Part shown: in pieces, positions 1 to 13,785 of the stretch
Numbering within the stretch: the first letter of the stretch is position 1
How the letters are laid out: each line of letters begins with the position of its first letter
DNA from: Mobula hypostoma
Lineage: Eukaryota
Reading direction: 5' to 3'
DNA length: 64,000 nucleotides
Assembly (NCBI RefSeq): GCF_963921235.1
Contig: NC_086097.1
Location: forward strand, 162,690,001-162,754,000
Notes under the pieces: generated by a model
Seen by the model: only the letters and a program-made list of their open reading frames with translations
Databases searched by the model: none
What the model was told of the DNA's origin: nothing
Program-made: the position numbers and the translations under genes

Positions 1-720
1 CACAAGAAATATCCTTCCCATATCCACCACGTTGTCCTGTTTCTATCAAATCACCTCTCGTTCTTCATAACTCAGGTGCATAGAAGCCTGTCCTCATAAA
101 GCAGCTGCCTATTTCAGGTGTTAGTCTAGCAAAACTTCTCTGCCATGTTCCCAATGCAATAACGGAAAGGAAAGGTACGTTGCATCTGGAGTTTCTCCGA
201 TTAGCGGATGATTTCCCTCCACGCTTTTCTGATGTACGAGGCAAGTTACAGCAGTAGTTTGCCATTGCCTTCTGCCGGGTGAGTTTCCAAAGAAAATCAC
301 CAGCTCATAATCCAGCATGGATGGAAAGCGTGTAGGGGAGCCGGTTGGATTCGAACTCGGGACCTTTCATCCCGAAGTCCTGCACTGATGCCACTATGCC
401 ACCAGCTGTGTCAATGCAATAACATCCTTCTTTAAATAATGAAAATAAAGTTTCCCATCTTACTTTCAACAAAGCTTTATGTAGCTAAAGCATAATCTCC
501 CTACTTTTGTTTTCAATTCCCCAGCAAAAAACAATGATTTTCTGTTTTCCTAATTACTTGCTGTGCTTTAGATAAACTGTCCTTCAGCATACCCAGTCCC
601 TCTACACCTCCAACCTCTGCAAATTCTCACCATTTGGATAATATGCTTTTGCATTTTTCCCACCACGATGGGCAGTTTTATATTTTTTTTCATATTATAC
701 TGTACTTGCCGCATTTTTGC
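1..720 (-). mobile_element. Old CR1/L2-type LINE 3' fragment, interrupted by a SINE
   Basis: Degenerate similarity to the reverse complement of CR1 3' regions elsewhere in the window. Confidence 0.5.
164..411 (-). mobile_element. tRNA-derived SINE with RTE-like 3' tail
   Basis: Minus strand carries A-box TGGCATAGTGG and B-box GAGTTCGAATCC. Tail contains agaaggcaatggcaaactact and ends in (CCTTT)n. Exact 12-bp TSD caatgcaataac at 152-163 and 412-423. Confidence 0.85.
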
Positions 721-744
721 CCCCCCCCCCAGACTACCTATATA

Positions 745-1455
745 TCAGGGTAGGTCTTACACAGTGCACAGTAGGGCACTGAGGAAGGTGGTAGAACAGA
801 GGGATCTGGGAATACAGATCCATAATTCCTTGAACTTAGATAGGGTCATAAAGAAACCTTTTGGCACATTGGCTGTCATAAATCAGTGTACTGAGAACCA
901 GAGTTGAAATGTTATGCTGAAATTATATAAGTCATTGGTAGGGCCTAGTGTCCAGTTTCCGACACGTACCTACAGAAAAGATGTAAATAAGTTTGAAAGA
1001 GTACAGAGAAAATTTAAAAGGATGTTGCAGGACTTAAGATCTGAGTTACAGGGAAAGGTTGAATAGGTTAGGAATTTATTCCCTAGAATGTGAAGGATTG
1101 AGGGGAGATTTGTAGAAGTATACAAAATTATGAGAGGTATAGATAACGTAAATGCAAGCAGGCTTTTTCCACTGAGGTTGCGTGAGACCACAACTAAAGT
1201 TCTTGGGTTAAGAGTGAAAGGGGAAACGTTTAAGTGGAATGTGAGTGAGGATCTGCTTCACTCAGATGGTGGTGAGAATGTGGAATGAGCTGCCAGTACA
1301 AGTGGTAGATGTGTGGTTGATTTCAACATTTAAGAGAAATTTGGATAGGTATATGGATGTGAGGGGTATGGAGGGCTATAGTCTGCGTGCAGGTCGATGG
1401 GACCAGATGAAATGAAGGTCCTGTTTTTGTGCTGTAGTGTTCTTTGACTCTATAT
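745..1455 (+). mobile_element. CR1-clade LINE 3' end (decayed)
   Basis: Remnant peptides EQRDLGIQIHNSL and ERVQRKF; typical CR1 3' UTR ending gtgctgtagtgttctttgactctat. Confidence 0.8.
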
Positions 1456-2449
1456 CCTTTTTGAAGACGTGTGTCCTCTCCACAACTTAGAATAGCACAA
1501 GACTGAGCAGGACATTTGGCCCACTTACTTTCCACTTTGTCATCAATAAACTTGGTAATCGTGCCTTCCATGGCTTTATTCAGGGCAACTTTATAACTTG
1601 AAAGAAGTTAAAGCTCAACACTGATCTCTGTGGCATTTCACCTACTTTTGCAATAATGTTTGTGGCACATTATTAAATATCTTCTGGAGAACTATGTATA
1701 GCTTATCTAGTTATTCCCCTTTATCCTACAGCATATATATTGCTTAATAAAATTCCAATAAACTTGTCAAACATGAATTCTATTTTGAAAAACCATGCCT
1801 AATTAGCTTGAATTTATGAAAGTGTCTTGTTATTGTGCCCTTAATATCAGCTGATATTTCCTGTATGGCAAGCCAACTGGCCCGTCGTTTCCAGAATTTT
1901 ATCTCCCTGATTATGAACAAAGAAATGACATTTTCTGCTTCCTAACCTAGTAATCTCTTCTCTGAATCTAAGGAATTTGGTAAAATTAAAACCAATGCAT
2001 CAACAAAGCCACTTTGTCTAAGGCCCCAGGATAAAGTCCACCAGGATACAGAGGCTTGTCAGCATGCGGCTACAACTATCTCTACACTGACTTTGCTCCC
2101 TCAGTTTCAACTCTCAATGTACAGCTAAGATGTTGCTTGTACGTTCTTCTAGTGCAGATACCTGTTCTTTGAGTTGTATAGCACTGTAAAAGGCTCTTCA
2201 GCCTATGAGTCTGTACCGGGCATCAAATGCCCAGTTATACTTATCCCATACCGACTCCCATTTTATTTTCCTTACATTCCTATCAACTTCTCCCAGATTC
2301 CTGTTTAATTCACCTGCCATCTTCAGTTTTCTACTATTAATTCCCCAGCTTCGCTTTCTATTAGACTAATGCTCAGTAGTTTTCTGTAAACATCCAAGGA
2401 AAAGCTTTCTGTTTTGTGTTTACATACCTGGCTAGCTTTAACTCACTCT

Positions 2450-2840
2450 TCAGAATCAAAGGCTAGTTAATTATCATGAACTCTGTGGTTTTGCAGCAAC
2501 AGTACAGTGCAAATTACGATAAATTACAAAAAATAATAGTGCAAATAAAAGGGATAGGGGTGGTGTTTGTGAGTTAAGAGCCTTTCAGGGATCTGATAGA
2601 GGAATAAAGAAGCTGTCCTTGAGTCTGGGTCTTAAGGCTCTTGTGCTTCCTCCCCAATGGTAGTAACGACATGTCCTGATTGTTGAGAGTCCTTAGTGAT
2701 GGATGCCGCCTTTTTGAAGAACTGCATCTTGAAGATCCCCTTGATGGTGAGGAGTGTTGTGCCCATGATGAAGCTGGCTGTGTCTACAACCCTCTGCGGC
2801 CTCTTGCAATCCTGGGCACTGCTGTCATGCAACATGTCAA
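2450..2840 (-). mobile_element. Rex1/Babar-type LINE 3' fragment
   Basis: Minus-strand peptide SAQDCKRPQRVVDTASFIMGTTLLTI...KKAASITKD resembles the Rex1/Babar ORF C-terminus. Confidence 0.65.
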
Positions 2841-3380
2841 GATGCTTCCATTCAGTGCCTATTTTTCCTTTTGCACCTTCTTAAGATATTTTAAAAGCTG
2901 AGGTAGTTAAGCAGGGGTTATGAAAGATCACTGTGGAATGCAGATTTATCACTAGGATCAGATTGCCCATGATCTTGTTATGTGGCAGAGCAGGCTAGAA
3001 AGGCCTAATGGTTTCCTTCAACTTCTGATTTCTGTGTTCATATGACTACTGTCAGCTAATACATGGCGATCTAACCTCAGAAAATGGAAAGGTATTAGTT
3101 CATTTAATTTGAGATTGAGTTAAACACTTATCTGCCGGGATATGTATTATGCTGTTAAGAAGAGTTTAGGAAGCAATTTGTGGAGTATTTTAATAAATAC
3201 CAATCACTCTCAACAAAAATATTATGAATCTCTTTGATCAAATGTTTCAAAAGGACCTGTTCAGTACATGTATGACAAATTGGGTCTTAGTCCTTTACGT
3301 AGTGCTAAATATGCGCTTTGTGCTTCGTTGGAGCCCCCACAAATAACCATGATTTTATCTAAACTATGATTATTATATAA

Positions 3381-3597
3381 GTGCCGGCTAGTGGCATCAG
3401 CGCTGGACTTTGGGGTGGAAGGTCCTGAGTTCGAATCCAGCTGGCTCCCGTGCACGTTTTCCATCTGTGCTGGGTTGAGCGTCGAGCTAGCAACTTGACC
3501 TCGTAAAAATGAAATTGCCTGCTACAGAAACATCAACAGCAAAAAGTTGATGGCCTATGCTCTCTCATGAGTTTAAAGGCAATTCCTTCTTCTTCTG
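3381..3597 (+). mobile_element. tRNA-derived SINE (same head as 164-411, different tail)
   Basis: B-box GAGTTCGAATCC, (TTC)n tail, 14-bp TSD tgattatta[t/g]ataa at 3367-3380 and 3598-3611. Confidence 0.8.
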
Positions 3598-6129
3598 TGA
3601 TTATTAGATAAAATAGTGCAATGATTATATGCTCCCAAAGTCCTGAAGTAAAATAGGTCCAGTGGAGTTTCCAATGTGAGCTGTCTGCATCAATCCCGAC
3701 TTCTGAGTTCTTCGCTACGGAGTGAGTCGTGTCTTATGAATGTCTCTCTATTGAAGCCCCAGTTCGTATGCATCAAAGATTAGAGAGGAAGTCCAGGGGA
3801 AAGTAGTGGGGGAGGAACTACATTGGAATCTTCTTTGTGTGTGGGCACTCCCCACAAAGTCATCTATACTGATCAAAGTCTGTGTCACGATTGCCTCCAT
3901 ACCTCAGTTGGATGTGAAATGATCCATGAGGCAGAGATCACAGCATTTTGCTCTGATGCGTGACGGCTGTAATCAGTAATTGAATCAAACTATGGGGTCT
4001 CTGAATTGAAAGCAGAGGCAAACAGATGCAGACACAATGGAGACTCTTCACCGGACGGCTATTTGCTTTTGTGCTCTTGTCATTTTTATGTAAAAGCTCA
4101 GTGAAGGTTGTAGTTTGAACCCAAAGGCTTTGACTTGTACTATGAAGAGAGAAAATGTGTAACATCTAAGTTCTGACATCATTAGATATGCAACTGATGC
4201 CAGGTAAATATCAGGCACTCTGAAGTGAATTGAGCACAGAGGTGCCTGAGTTAATTTCCCTATGGACACAGTTCTACCAGGAAGTAGTCACCAGCAGGTT
4301 CTAGACCTTGCTAAACATGTGATTTGCACATGAAAAAAGGAGCGTCAGAGGATCCAGTTTCTAGGCTGTAATGAAGTGGTTGATTATTCCATAGGTGTTT
4401 ATTATTACACTGAAGTGCAGAGGTCACGGTATCAATGGAGGCTAGCAGGTTAAGGCAGTGCAAGTGAAAGGTAAGCATGAATACAGATTCAGGAAAAATA
4501 TTTATACTGCATATTAAATCAAGGAAGAATCCACAATGGATATGTGAAACCTTCATGCATAAAATAGGCTTTTTCTGTTCTATGCTTCAGAATATTTGGG
4601 TTTTGTAAGAAAAGCAAATGACATTGATAAAGCTGTATAAAACGACGCAATCCCAGGGTGCCGAGTTCTTTACTACTTTCATTTGAAGTCCCAGTCTTAG
4701 GTATTCACTGAAGTATTAGGAATAGATAGCTAAATGTTGGATCCTGCTGAATAAAGATCTTTCTGATAAGCAAGAAAAAAATCAGGTGGTCAAACTGGGT
4801 CCAACTCCAAGATTGTGCCATGTTCCCAGGATGTCCTACAGTACACTAACCCTAATGAACTACTTTTTTGAAATGGCATTGCTTCCATTAATGAGTAAGT
4901 AAAGATTCCAGCCCAGGTACAAAAGATTCCATAAACAAAAAGTCTAGGAAATTATAACTTTGCCAATGATTGCCAGAAAGCTATTTCCAACATTATTTTA
5001 CATGAGCTTGCATTGGATATGATTGTTTATCTTCAAATGTGCATTACCCTTGGGGTAGCTATAAGGTAGGTGGCAGTATTAGGAACAGTCGCATTGTGCC
5101 AGAGTTTGCAATTGAACGCATACAGTATTTGTAAGGAGCTACTGTAGCAATGCAAAAGAAGAGATGCAACTCATTTCCTGGCAAGTTCTCAGAAATAATC
5201 ATATGTGACTTTTCCTCGTACTGGTTGGTTAGAGTTTACAGGCGTGAATGATTCTAGCAAGGAACAAACCTTTCTGAAATCATGTCTGGCTACTAATCAT
5301 GCATGGTGCAGAAGCAATCTGTGACATTAGATTTATTTTCATCGGCAGTGAGGTCAACTTTTTGTTTGTTTCCTTTTTTGTTTTATTATGGGAAATTGTC
5401 TGGGCTGCACTCAACAGCATTATCAAACTAATGGAAGGACTACATACTGAAGAAGATGCACGTAGATGCACTGAAGTGGAGTCTTGTTTCTGCCAACATT
5501 GCTACTCCAAGAATCTGAGTGTTGATTCATCTTTGGAACCAAGCTTCGCTCTTTGTACCTACATAATCTGATGGATTTAGGTCCTTGTCAACTGCCAGTG
5601 CTGTTAAACTGCTCTTCTATGGGGAATATGTTCTACCTACCTTCAGCGACTGAATTCGAATGCTTTACAGCAAGGATCAATGGAGTAATATCAAAGGGGA
5701 TTTTTGCTTTTCTGTACCATGCTTTCACTGAGTCAGAGGCAATAACTATATTGTCACCTGTCAGTTAAGCACAATGTTGCACTCTGATTTTAAGTCCTTT
5801 CAAATAAGAAACCCTCTGAAAAAACCTGATACAATGTCAAGTAACACAAGGGAGAAAGTAGGAACGCTTCTGTGTGACTCCATAATTTTCTTGTCGTAGT
5901 TTGTACCAGCTTGTGTGCAGAAGTCAATGGATTTCTCTGTATTGATCCTATTACTATATTATGGATTTAAGCGCCCTATATAATTGTGATTAAAAGGAAT
6001 GATGTTTTGTTTTCATTTGCACGTCTGATCTTAATTTATACTCCTGCTTCAGATAGAAAGTATATTGAGTAGACAGACTACAGTATTGAATGGCGACCCT
6101 ATCCTTCCTTGTTTATCACCTTCTGCTGG

Positions 6130-6486
6130 AGGCCATTCAGCCCATTGGGTCTGTGCTGACTCCTAGAAAGCATTGTCACCTATCATTTGAGCACAACATC
6201 AGTTTAATTCCATATAAAACTGAAACTTGTTCTATCTCACACATGCATCAACTTATTTTTGATTTTTATTTTGCCATTTGCCCTCACTAAGGAGCAATTT
6301 ACAGATCCCAATTAAACTACTAGCACTGCTTTCAGATGTGGGAAGAAACCAGAGAACCCAACAGAAACCTCACATCTGCATAGGATAACATACAAACTCA
6401 CGCAGCTAGCACCCATAATCATGGTCAACCCTGAGTCCTTGATGCTGTGAAGGAACAGTATCTACTGCTCTGCCACCATGCCACCG
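6130..6486 (-). mobile_element. V-SINE (HE1-like), degenerate
   Basis: Minus strand begins ggtggcatggtggcagagcagtag (tRNA-like head), followed by a V-domain-like gagtttgtatgttatcc...gggttctctggtttcttcccacat. Confidence 0.6.
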
Positions 6487-6555
6487 ACAATGGAGGTGTG
6501 TTAATACACATACAGAGATTAGCCAGGGTTGTCCATGGTTATTATATCCTAACTG

Positions 6556-7045
6556 TCTACGTGATATGCAAGCCAAGGCAGTACGATATGGAGAGCAAGC
6601 TGCCCAAGTCCCTCATGCAGCTGATGAATCCAAAGGAATGGCAGAGACTGATGCAGTTTGGCACCAGTGGCATTGCTGGAGTTGCCAGTCTGCATTGAAC
6701 TCGATGTAGGACTGCCTTTGGGACTCCAGCTTGGGACTCTTCCTCAGGGTGTACTCTTGAAGCCTTCCCTATGAGTAGGTATAGCTGCAAGGCAGCAGAG
6801 GTTTGAGATCAGAGTTTTTCTTCTAGGTGAACTCCCAACCATGCCCCATTTGCCCAAAGCGACTGGTTTTAAGGTACCAGTAATTTGTCTTTTCCCCTTC
6901 TCCTGTCGGTAGAAATGGTTCCTCTGGGCTTAGTAACTAAGCTATACATGAAGGCCAGGAGCCGGATTTGGTTGTCGGAGCCTATCTGAGATGCACGTCA
7001 CTGGGAGCATTTAATAGGTATTGGGAGCTTGTCCTCACAATCTTA
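6556..7045 (-). mobile_element. RTE-clade LINE 5' region or non-autonomous derivative
   Basis: Resembles recalled RTE/BovB-like 5' regions (ggcagcagaggtttgagatcagagtttt; taaaaccagtcgct). No intact ORF. Confidence 0.5.
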
Positions 7046-7499
7046 AGGAATCTAGATTAGCCTAATGGCACACAAAATTACATTTTCTAACGCTAACTAT
7101 GTTAACTATGTAGTAAACCCTGGGCTAGATTTCACTGATGGCTCTCTTAGCATGATATCCTTATGTTTGCACATCTGGTCAAAATTGAAAAGCATCTCTT
7201 TCTGGCTCTGGTGATTGAGTAGAGCAATGGAATGGTATGAAACATCTGGGTTACAGGCAGTGCAGTGTGGAGGCAACACCTCTGAAAAAGGGAAAAGATT
7301 GGGGCTGAGTATTGTCTTTTTTTTATCTAAAACTTCGTGATCTCAACAATTGATGTTGAGACACCTAAAAATTCAATACTGAACTCATTAAAATTATTGA
7401 AGTAATTCCCACAGTCTGGATTTAACGAGATCTCCTATTGGAGAATGAGAAAGGGTAGGTGACAGAAGTTTGTGTGGTGAAACACTTTGCATCTAGTGA

Positions 7500-8915
7500 T
7501 AATAATGCCATTAATGTAAAGATAATTATGGAGAAGGATACGTCTGGTCCTTGAGTTGAGACTCTAAATTGGATAAAAGGTCAATTTTGATGCTTTCAGA
7601 AAGGATCTGGCAAGTGTGGATTGGGATATGTGGTTTTCTGGCAAAGGTATGCTTGATAAGTGAAGTTTTGAGAGAACAGTGTTTATATGTTCCTGTCAGA
7701 ATAAAAGGTATGGATGTCAGGTTTATGGAGCCTAGGTTTTCAAGAGATATTGAGGCCCTGGTTAAGAAGAAAGAGATTGTGCTGAGCAGGTATAGGCAGG
7801 ATGGAACAAATGAGGTAGTTGAGGAATATAAGAAATGCAAGAGACACTTGAAGGAAATCAGGAGAGCTAAAGGGCATGAGGTTGTTCTAGCAGACAAGGT
7901 GAAGGAGAATTCTAAGGGCTTCTACCGATATATTAAGAACAAAATGATGACAAAAGGCAAAATTGGTCCTTGTGAAGATCAGAGTTTTAATCAATGCATG
8001 GAGTCTGAAGAGATGGGAGAGATCTTAATTTTTTTTTGCATCTGTGTTTACCTGGGAGATGGACACAGTCGATAGAATTAGGCAAAGCTGCAGTGAGGTC
8101 ATGGACCATTTACAGATTACAAAGGAGGGGGTGTCTGCCGTCTTGAGGCAAATTGTGTGTGGGGGGTAGCTGGGGGGGCTTTGGAATTCTAACATTTTAA
8201 CTGTCAATCATTCTTTAGGGCATTCCTCTGTTTTCATAGATGTTTGTGAAGAAAAAGAATTTCAGGATGTATATTGTATACATTTCTCTGACATTAAATG
8301 TACCTATTGAAACCTATTGAATTAGTGTGGAGAAGTCCCCATGACCAGGCAAAGTGTTCCCTCGGACTTTGTGGAAGGTTAATGTAGAAATAGAATAGGC
8401 CTCAGCAGCAATATTTAAAATGTTCTTTGCAATAGGTGAGATGCAGGAGGATTGGACGACGGATAAAGTTGCTCTGTTGTTCAAGAAAGGCTCTAAGAAT
8501 AAGACATGAAATTATAGGTCAGTAAGCCTTACATCAGTAGTGAGTAAGTTATTGTAACGCATTCTAAAGACCAGATATATGAGTATTTCGATTGACAAGG
8601 ACTAATTAAGGATAGTTAATTTGGTTTCGTACATAGTGGATCATGTCCAATGAGTCGTAGTTTTTCAAGGATTAAGGGTGAAAGGTGAAATATTTAAAGG
8701 GAACATGTGGGGGTACCTCACTCAGTGTGTAGAACAAGCTGCCAGCAGAAGTGGTGGATGTCGGTTTGAGTCCCATGCTTAAGAGAAATTTGGATGAGGG
8801 GGTTATGAAGGATAATTGTCCAAGTGCAGGTTGGTGGGATTAGGCAGGTTAATAGTTTGGCATGGAATGGCTGGGCTGAAGGGCCTGCTTCTGTGCTGCA
8901 CTGTTCTATGACTCG
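7500..8915 (+). mobile_element. CR1-clade LINE fragments (ORF2 middle + 3' UTR)
   Basis: Peptide LADKVKENSKGFYRYIKNK; LFKKGSKN...NYRSVSLTSVVSKL remnant near 8470-8560; internal deletion then 3' UTR. Confidence 0.8.
8156..8319 (+). mobile_element. Short LINE 3' tail inserted into the CR1
   Basis: Interrupts CR1 between ggcaaatt and aattagtgtgg; ends attaaa followed by tandem cctattga(aa) repeats. Confidence 0.55.
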
Positions 8916-10037
8916 GTATCTTCTGGATTTACTCTGCCCAATGCCCCATGGGGTCTTGGATTCTAGCTGAGAACTTTGTTTCCAGTTGTTGGGATATGTT
9001 CAGATGATCGACTGTGATAGGAAGTTCACAACGTCCTCATTTGATGGTGCTTGAATTGTGACCGTTGGAGTTGGAAAGTGAATACTGGTGATTCCAGCGC
9101 GAACTGTTAGCCATAACTTGTATCTGCCTAAGCTTAATTTTTAAGTATAATTTATATTTTTAATTAATGTATGGACAGATTGAAGAAGGGAAGAAGTCTG
9201 TTGTATAATTCATTGTCTGATTCAACTACGTTATTATTAAAGTAAATGTACTTGCTTTCTCTGCTGATGCTGAGGGTAGGTTCCTCATAATTGACATGGG
9301 ATAGGAATAACCTTGTTGGCTCTTCACAGTTGTAGTTTGATTTATGGGGCTTTGTTCTGTTGTTGTAACTAGTGAAGTTGATATTTACTCAGTGGTGAGC
9401 AAATATTATCATGTAGCATTCAGAATGCAGTAACCTGGTGTTCTTGTTGGACAGTGGCAACCTCCTCTACTAACAGCTAATTGTATTAGCCTGTGCCTTC
9501 GCTGCTGAAGTGCAGTTGAACCACTTCACTGGAATACTGAGAGGAGACTTAAGAAGGTGAATGTAGAGAATATCTTTCCTCTTGTGGATATTGAACAAAG
9601 AATTGCTGTTTAAGGTTTACGATGGAGATAATGTAAATTCCTCGTCTTGAGTCTTTGCTCTTTCTCAAAGTGTGATGGACACAGAGTTATTTTAAGTCTG
9701 AGGTAAATAACCTTCATAAGTAAGGGAGAGAAAGGCAAGTGGGCAAGGTTTTAGAGTTAAGAATATAATCAGGTCAGCCGTGATTTTACCAAATGATGGA
9801 GCTAGTTTGAGGAGCTCAATTTATCTTTCTTGCTCCTGATTGGCACGATTGTATGTCAACTTTATCTGTTCAGTTTTTGTCCTCCTCTAAATTTACAAGA
9901 GGAGAAGAAATAGATTTTTTTTTTAGAAAGGATATGTAATATTGAACATGGGTTTTAAAGAACTGTGGAAATTGAAGGGGTTGGGGTTGTAGCGGAGGTT
10001 GACTGGTAAACAGTGGCTCACAGATGTGTGTGATGTA

Positions 10038-10570
10038 GGCTCATTGGCTACTTTAGTAGATACCTCCTGTACCTAATAAAGTGGCTCCTCAGTGTGTGTT
10101 TGTGCCCATCCTTTTCAAGGGTCGACTGTGCTGTTTGTTCAGAGATGCTCTTCTGCACACTACTGCTGTAACGCATGCTTATTTAAATTTCTGTTGCCTT
10201 CCTGTCAACTCGACTATTCTCTTCTGACCGCTCTCATTAACAAGGCATTTTCACCCACAGATCTGTCGCTCACTAGATGATTTTTTTACACCATTCTTTG
10301 TAAACGTTAGACAGTTGTGCACAAAAATCCCAGAGATCAGCGGTTTCTGAGACACCTCAAACAACCTACCCCCACCCCCCGTCTCGCATCAATAATCATT
10401 CCACAGTCAAAATCACTTGGATCGCATTTCTTTCCCATTCTGATGTTTGATCTGAACAACAAGTGAAGCCCTTTACTACTGCCTGCTTCTATGCATTGAA
10501 TAGCTGCCAAATGATTGGCTTATTAGATGTTTGCATTAAGGAGCAGGTGTGCAAATGCACCAAATATGAA
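10038..10570 (-). mobile_element. Tc1-like DNA transposon remnant
   Basis: TIR-like gtacctaataaagtggc in a short palindrome at about 10040-10092. Minus strand reads MGKKCDPSDFDCGMIIDARR...SETADL...VYKEWCKK across frameshifts, a Tc1 transposase N-terminus. Confidence 0.7.
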
Positions 10571-12129
10571 ACAAGAAGTGGAAAGACAGTGCATGTTGTC
10601 ATTATGGGGCACAATACATTGTAATCTCTGATCCCAAGAATTTTAAAGCTGAAGGTTACATAAGTACAGAAGTCAGAAAGCAATGTTGGGAATTACTGAC
10701 AAAGCGATGTGAAGCAGGATGGAAAGGTGCTTGTGTGGACCATTTACACCAGCATTGACCTGTTAGATCAAATAGCTTGGATAGATGATGCAAGTTCTTA
10801 TGTTCATGCTTAACAGCTTCTCAACTTACAGTACACTACGGTATCTCACTATTGATGTGTCTAGTGACCAAGTCAAAAAAAATGGAGAGACTACAAATTA
10901 TGCAATGTAAGCAATGTAAATATTCATGACAAATGAAAGCTTTCTTGCACTTTAGTTGAAGAGTTAACATGGGTAAGGAAGTTTTCTACTACATTCAATA
11001 TTTGTATGCCAAGATTAACAGAATATAATGTTATTCTCACTGATTCTCAAGAGTTTATCTTGCATTCTTCTATAGTCCACATAACATGTTTTTGCAGAGG
11101 TTTTTATTTGTCTTCATAATGGATACTTTCCTTCTCTGAATGTAGTGAATCATATGTGGGCATAGTCTTTTGGGGACACTGTTGTCTTTCTGGCACCAAA
11201 TTCCAGTACTTCATCATCAAGCATGGACAGTTATCGTTAGCAGAGTAGACAGACTGTTTGACATTATAGTCACCAAAACTGCATCTGATCCTCTTTTAAC
11301 TTCTTTGAAGGGCTCATTGAATCACACTCAGCAGAGGAAACACAGACTGATATTTATAAGATCCATCGCTTAGAGATACTGAAGCCAATTTAGTGTTATG
11401 GCCATTGCCCGGACTGAAATCACTCTTCTATTTTTAAATCACTAGAAATCAAAAGGAGACGGTATTGCCCAGCATGTCAAATCACAGACGGTAAAGTGGT
11501 TGGGGGCTGCAGACTGAATGTGCTGATATTTGTTCACTTGTAAGCACTGTTGTTAACACAGTGATGAATGGAATATCTTGAAGATGTGTGAATGAAAGAG
11601 AAGGAGTTGGACTCTCAGGACTACCACGTCAAAATGTGAATGTTGACTGCTCTTGGTGAACAGCAGCTAGACACAAAGCGCAGTATGTATGTAAAATGGA
11701 TATAGTCACATGTAAACTGTTCGTTACCCTGCTATAAATTTAACTGCAGCTGGTTGTGTAAAATAGGCAACATTGTATTGACTGCTTATTACAGACTAGT
11801 ATTTTCTAGTCTAGAGGAAAGAAATATTGAAGACTGGTATTTATATTATTCCTTTAATAACCTTGGGTCTCTTGAGAGCCAATTTTTGGTGTGAAATCAT
11901 TGTGGTAATTGCAGCAGTCAACTTAAACATAGTAAGCTCCTACTAACTGGTAGCATTGAGGAGGGTACAATAGTTAACTGATACTTTAGAACTACTTTAT
12001 TGCCAGTGGTCAAAAATTAATTTCTTCTCGCTTTCATTTATGTCCCGTCTTCCATGCTCTTGATTTGTCTTAAACTGGTTTATAGAGAATTAAGTATTTT
12101 GAAAGTATAGTCACTGATGTAACTGATAT

Positions 12130-12640
12130 CCTTATGATACAGAAGAAACAATTTGGTTCATTGAGTCTATGCCCAGTCTTGGAACAATCCCATTCCTTCC
12201 CTGATTTTCCTTGTAACCGACAATATTCTCCCTATTCTCCCACAGATTCTGCCACCTACCTATATTAGAAGCAATTTACTGTAGCCAATTAACCTACCAA
12301 CCTGCATGCAAGTGGAAACCAGGGCATCAAATTTAAAACACAAGGAGAAGATGCAAATTACAGAGACAGAACCCCAAGGAACTGGAATTGGCTTATTATT
12401 GTCACATGTGCTGAGATACAGTGAAAAGGTTGTCTTGCATACTGTTCATTCCAATCAAATGATTACACAGTGCACTGAGATAGAACATGGTAAAACAATT
12501 TAAAATAATGTGTAAAAGCTACAAAGAAAGTAGTGAATAATAAGGTGCAAGATCATAACAAGGTAGCTTCTGAGGTGGGTCGGGATTAAACCCAGGTTGC
12601 TGAGCTGTAAAACAGCAACTCCACTGGCTGTTTAACCATT
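12130..12640 (-). mobile_element. Degenerate V-SINE interrupted by a LINE 3' tail (about 12380-12570)
   Basis: gcaatttactgtagccaattaacctaccaacctgcatg...ggaaacc and head remnant gggattaaacccaggttgctgagctgtaa. Confidence 0.5.
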
Positions 12641-13600
12641 GTTACACTTTTGATGCCTTGACATACATAGTTTCACTTTATTTTGCTGCTTTGGTAAGAA
12701 AGATTGCAAGGACAGGCTTTTAATGAAAGATCATTTATTGATAAACAATATAATTAGCAGCAGTGGGTAATACAAAAATGTAACTAGGCTATGAAACTGT
12801 GTTGATGAACTTTGGTGTCTGCCCTTAAATCTTTTTTCTGCTGGTCTTTCACCATATACAACCCCGGAGATCTGGATTTTCAACAATGGCAGAAGATTTT
12901 AGGTAAGAGTAATATAAATTATAGCTCCACAGGTAGCCTGCATTGATCCTCTGGTTGTCATGAGATGGATAACTATGTGGTTGTTATAAAAGTCAATATT
13001 GTGACTACAGTTTGCTTTGTTTTCAGTCTCAGTGGATGTTAAGCGATTAATGAAAAACAGAGGGGGATTCTGTGGATCTATTAGTACAGTCCTTCAGTCA
13101 TTAGGCAGATGACTTTATCTTGAGAATATGCAAGTGCAACAGCCTCATTGTTTATGGTAGGGAATGGCAGGATATATAGAACCCGCTAAATGAACGATCC
13201 AATGGTGATCCAGCGATGAATGTTCAATTCTCACCAAGGCAGGTGGCGAATGTAAATCCAGTTGTTGAACTCATCCGTATTTTTAAATAAAATCTAGAAT
13301 CAATAATGACTATTGTTGTAAAAACCTATTTGCTCTGTCCAATATATGACTTCAAATTTTTAGAGCAATACGGTGAAATGGCCTGGAACCAATTTAAGGG
13401 TAGTTGAGGATCGACATTAACTCCTGAATTCTCCAGTAGTGGCCACGCTAAAGGTGTACCTGACTGACATCTCCACATGCGATTTCAGCAGTGTTCAGCC
13501 TCTGCATTGTTGCTGGCCCCGCATTCATCCAGCAAGTGGAGTATTCCAACACCCTTATTATATATCTTGCAGATTATAACCCTGTACTAGTTTCCTTCCA

Positions 13601-13785
13601 CTGTCTGTGTGGAGTTTGTACGTTTTCCACGTGACTGCATGGGTTTTCTGTGTATTTCCATTTCCTTCCACATTCAAAGACGTACAGGTTAATAGGTTAA
13701 TTGATCGCATGGGTGTAATTGGGCAGCACAGTCTCATTGGGCCGGAAGAACCTGTTACTGTGTTGTATCTAAATAAAAATAAACA
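13601..13785 (+). mobile_element. V-SINE (HE1-like), 5'-truncated
   Basis: V-domain tgtgtggagtttgtacgttttccacgtgactgcatgggtttt...ccacattcaaagacgtacaggtt, followed by a LINE-derived tail ending ctaaataaaaataaa. Confidence 0.75.

Noticed and set aside
164..3597. tRNA genes at about 330-408 and 3381-3445
   Set aside because: Pol III box motifs are present, but there is no proper cloverleaf and both have tails and TSDs, so they are SINE heads.
6895..7000. HDV-like ribozyme in the RTE-like 5' region (minus strand, ctcctg/caggag pairing)
   Set aside because: A P2-like pairing is visible, but P1 and P3 could not be assembled in this diverged copy. A covariance search on the family consensus would be needed.
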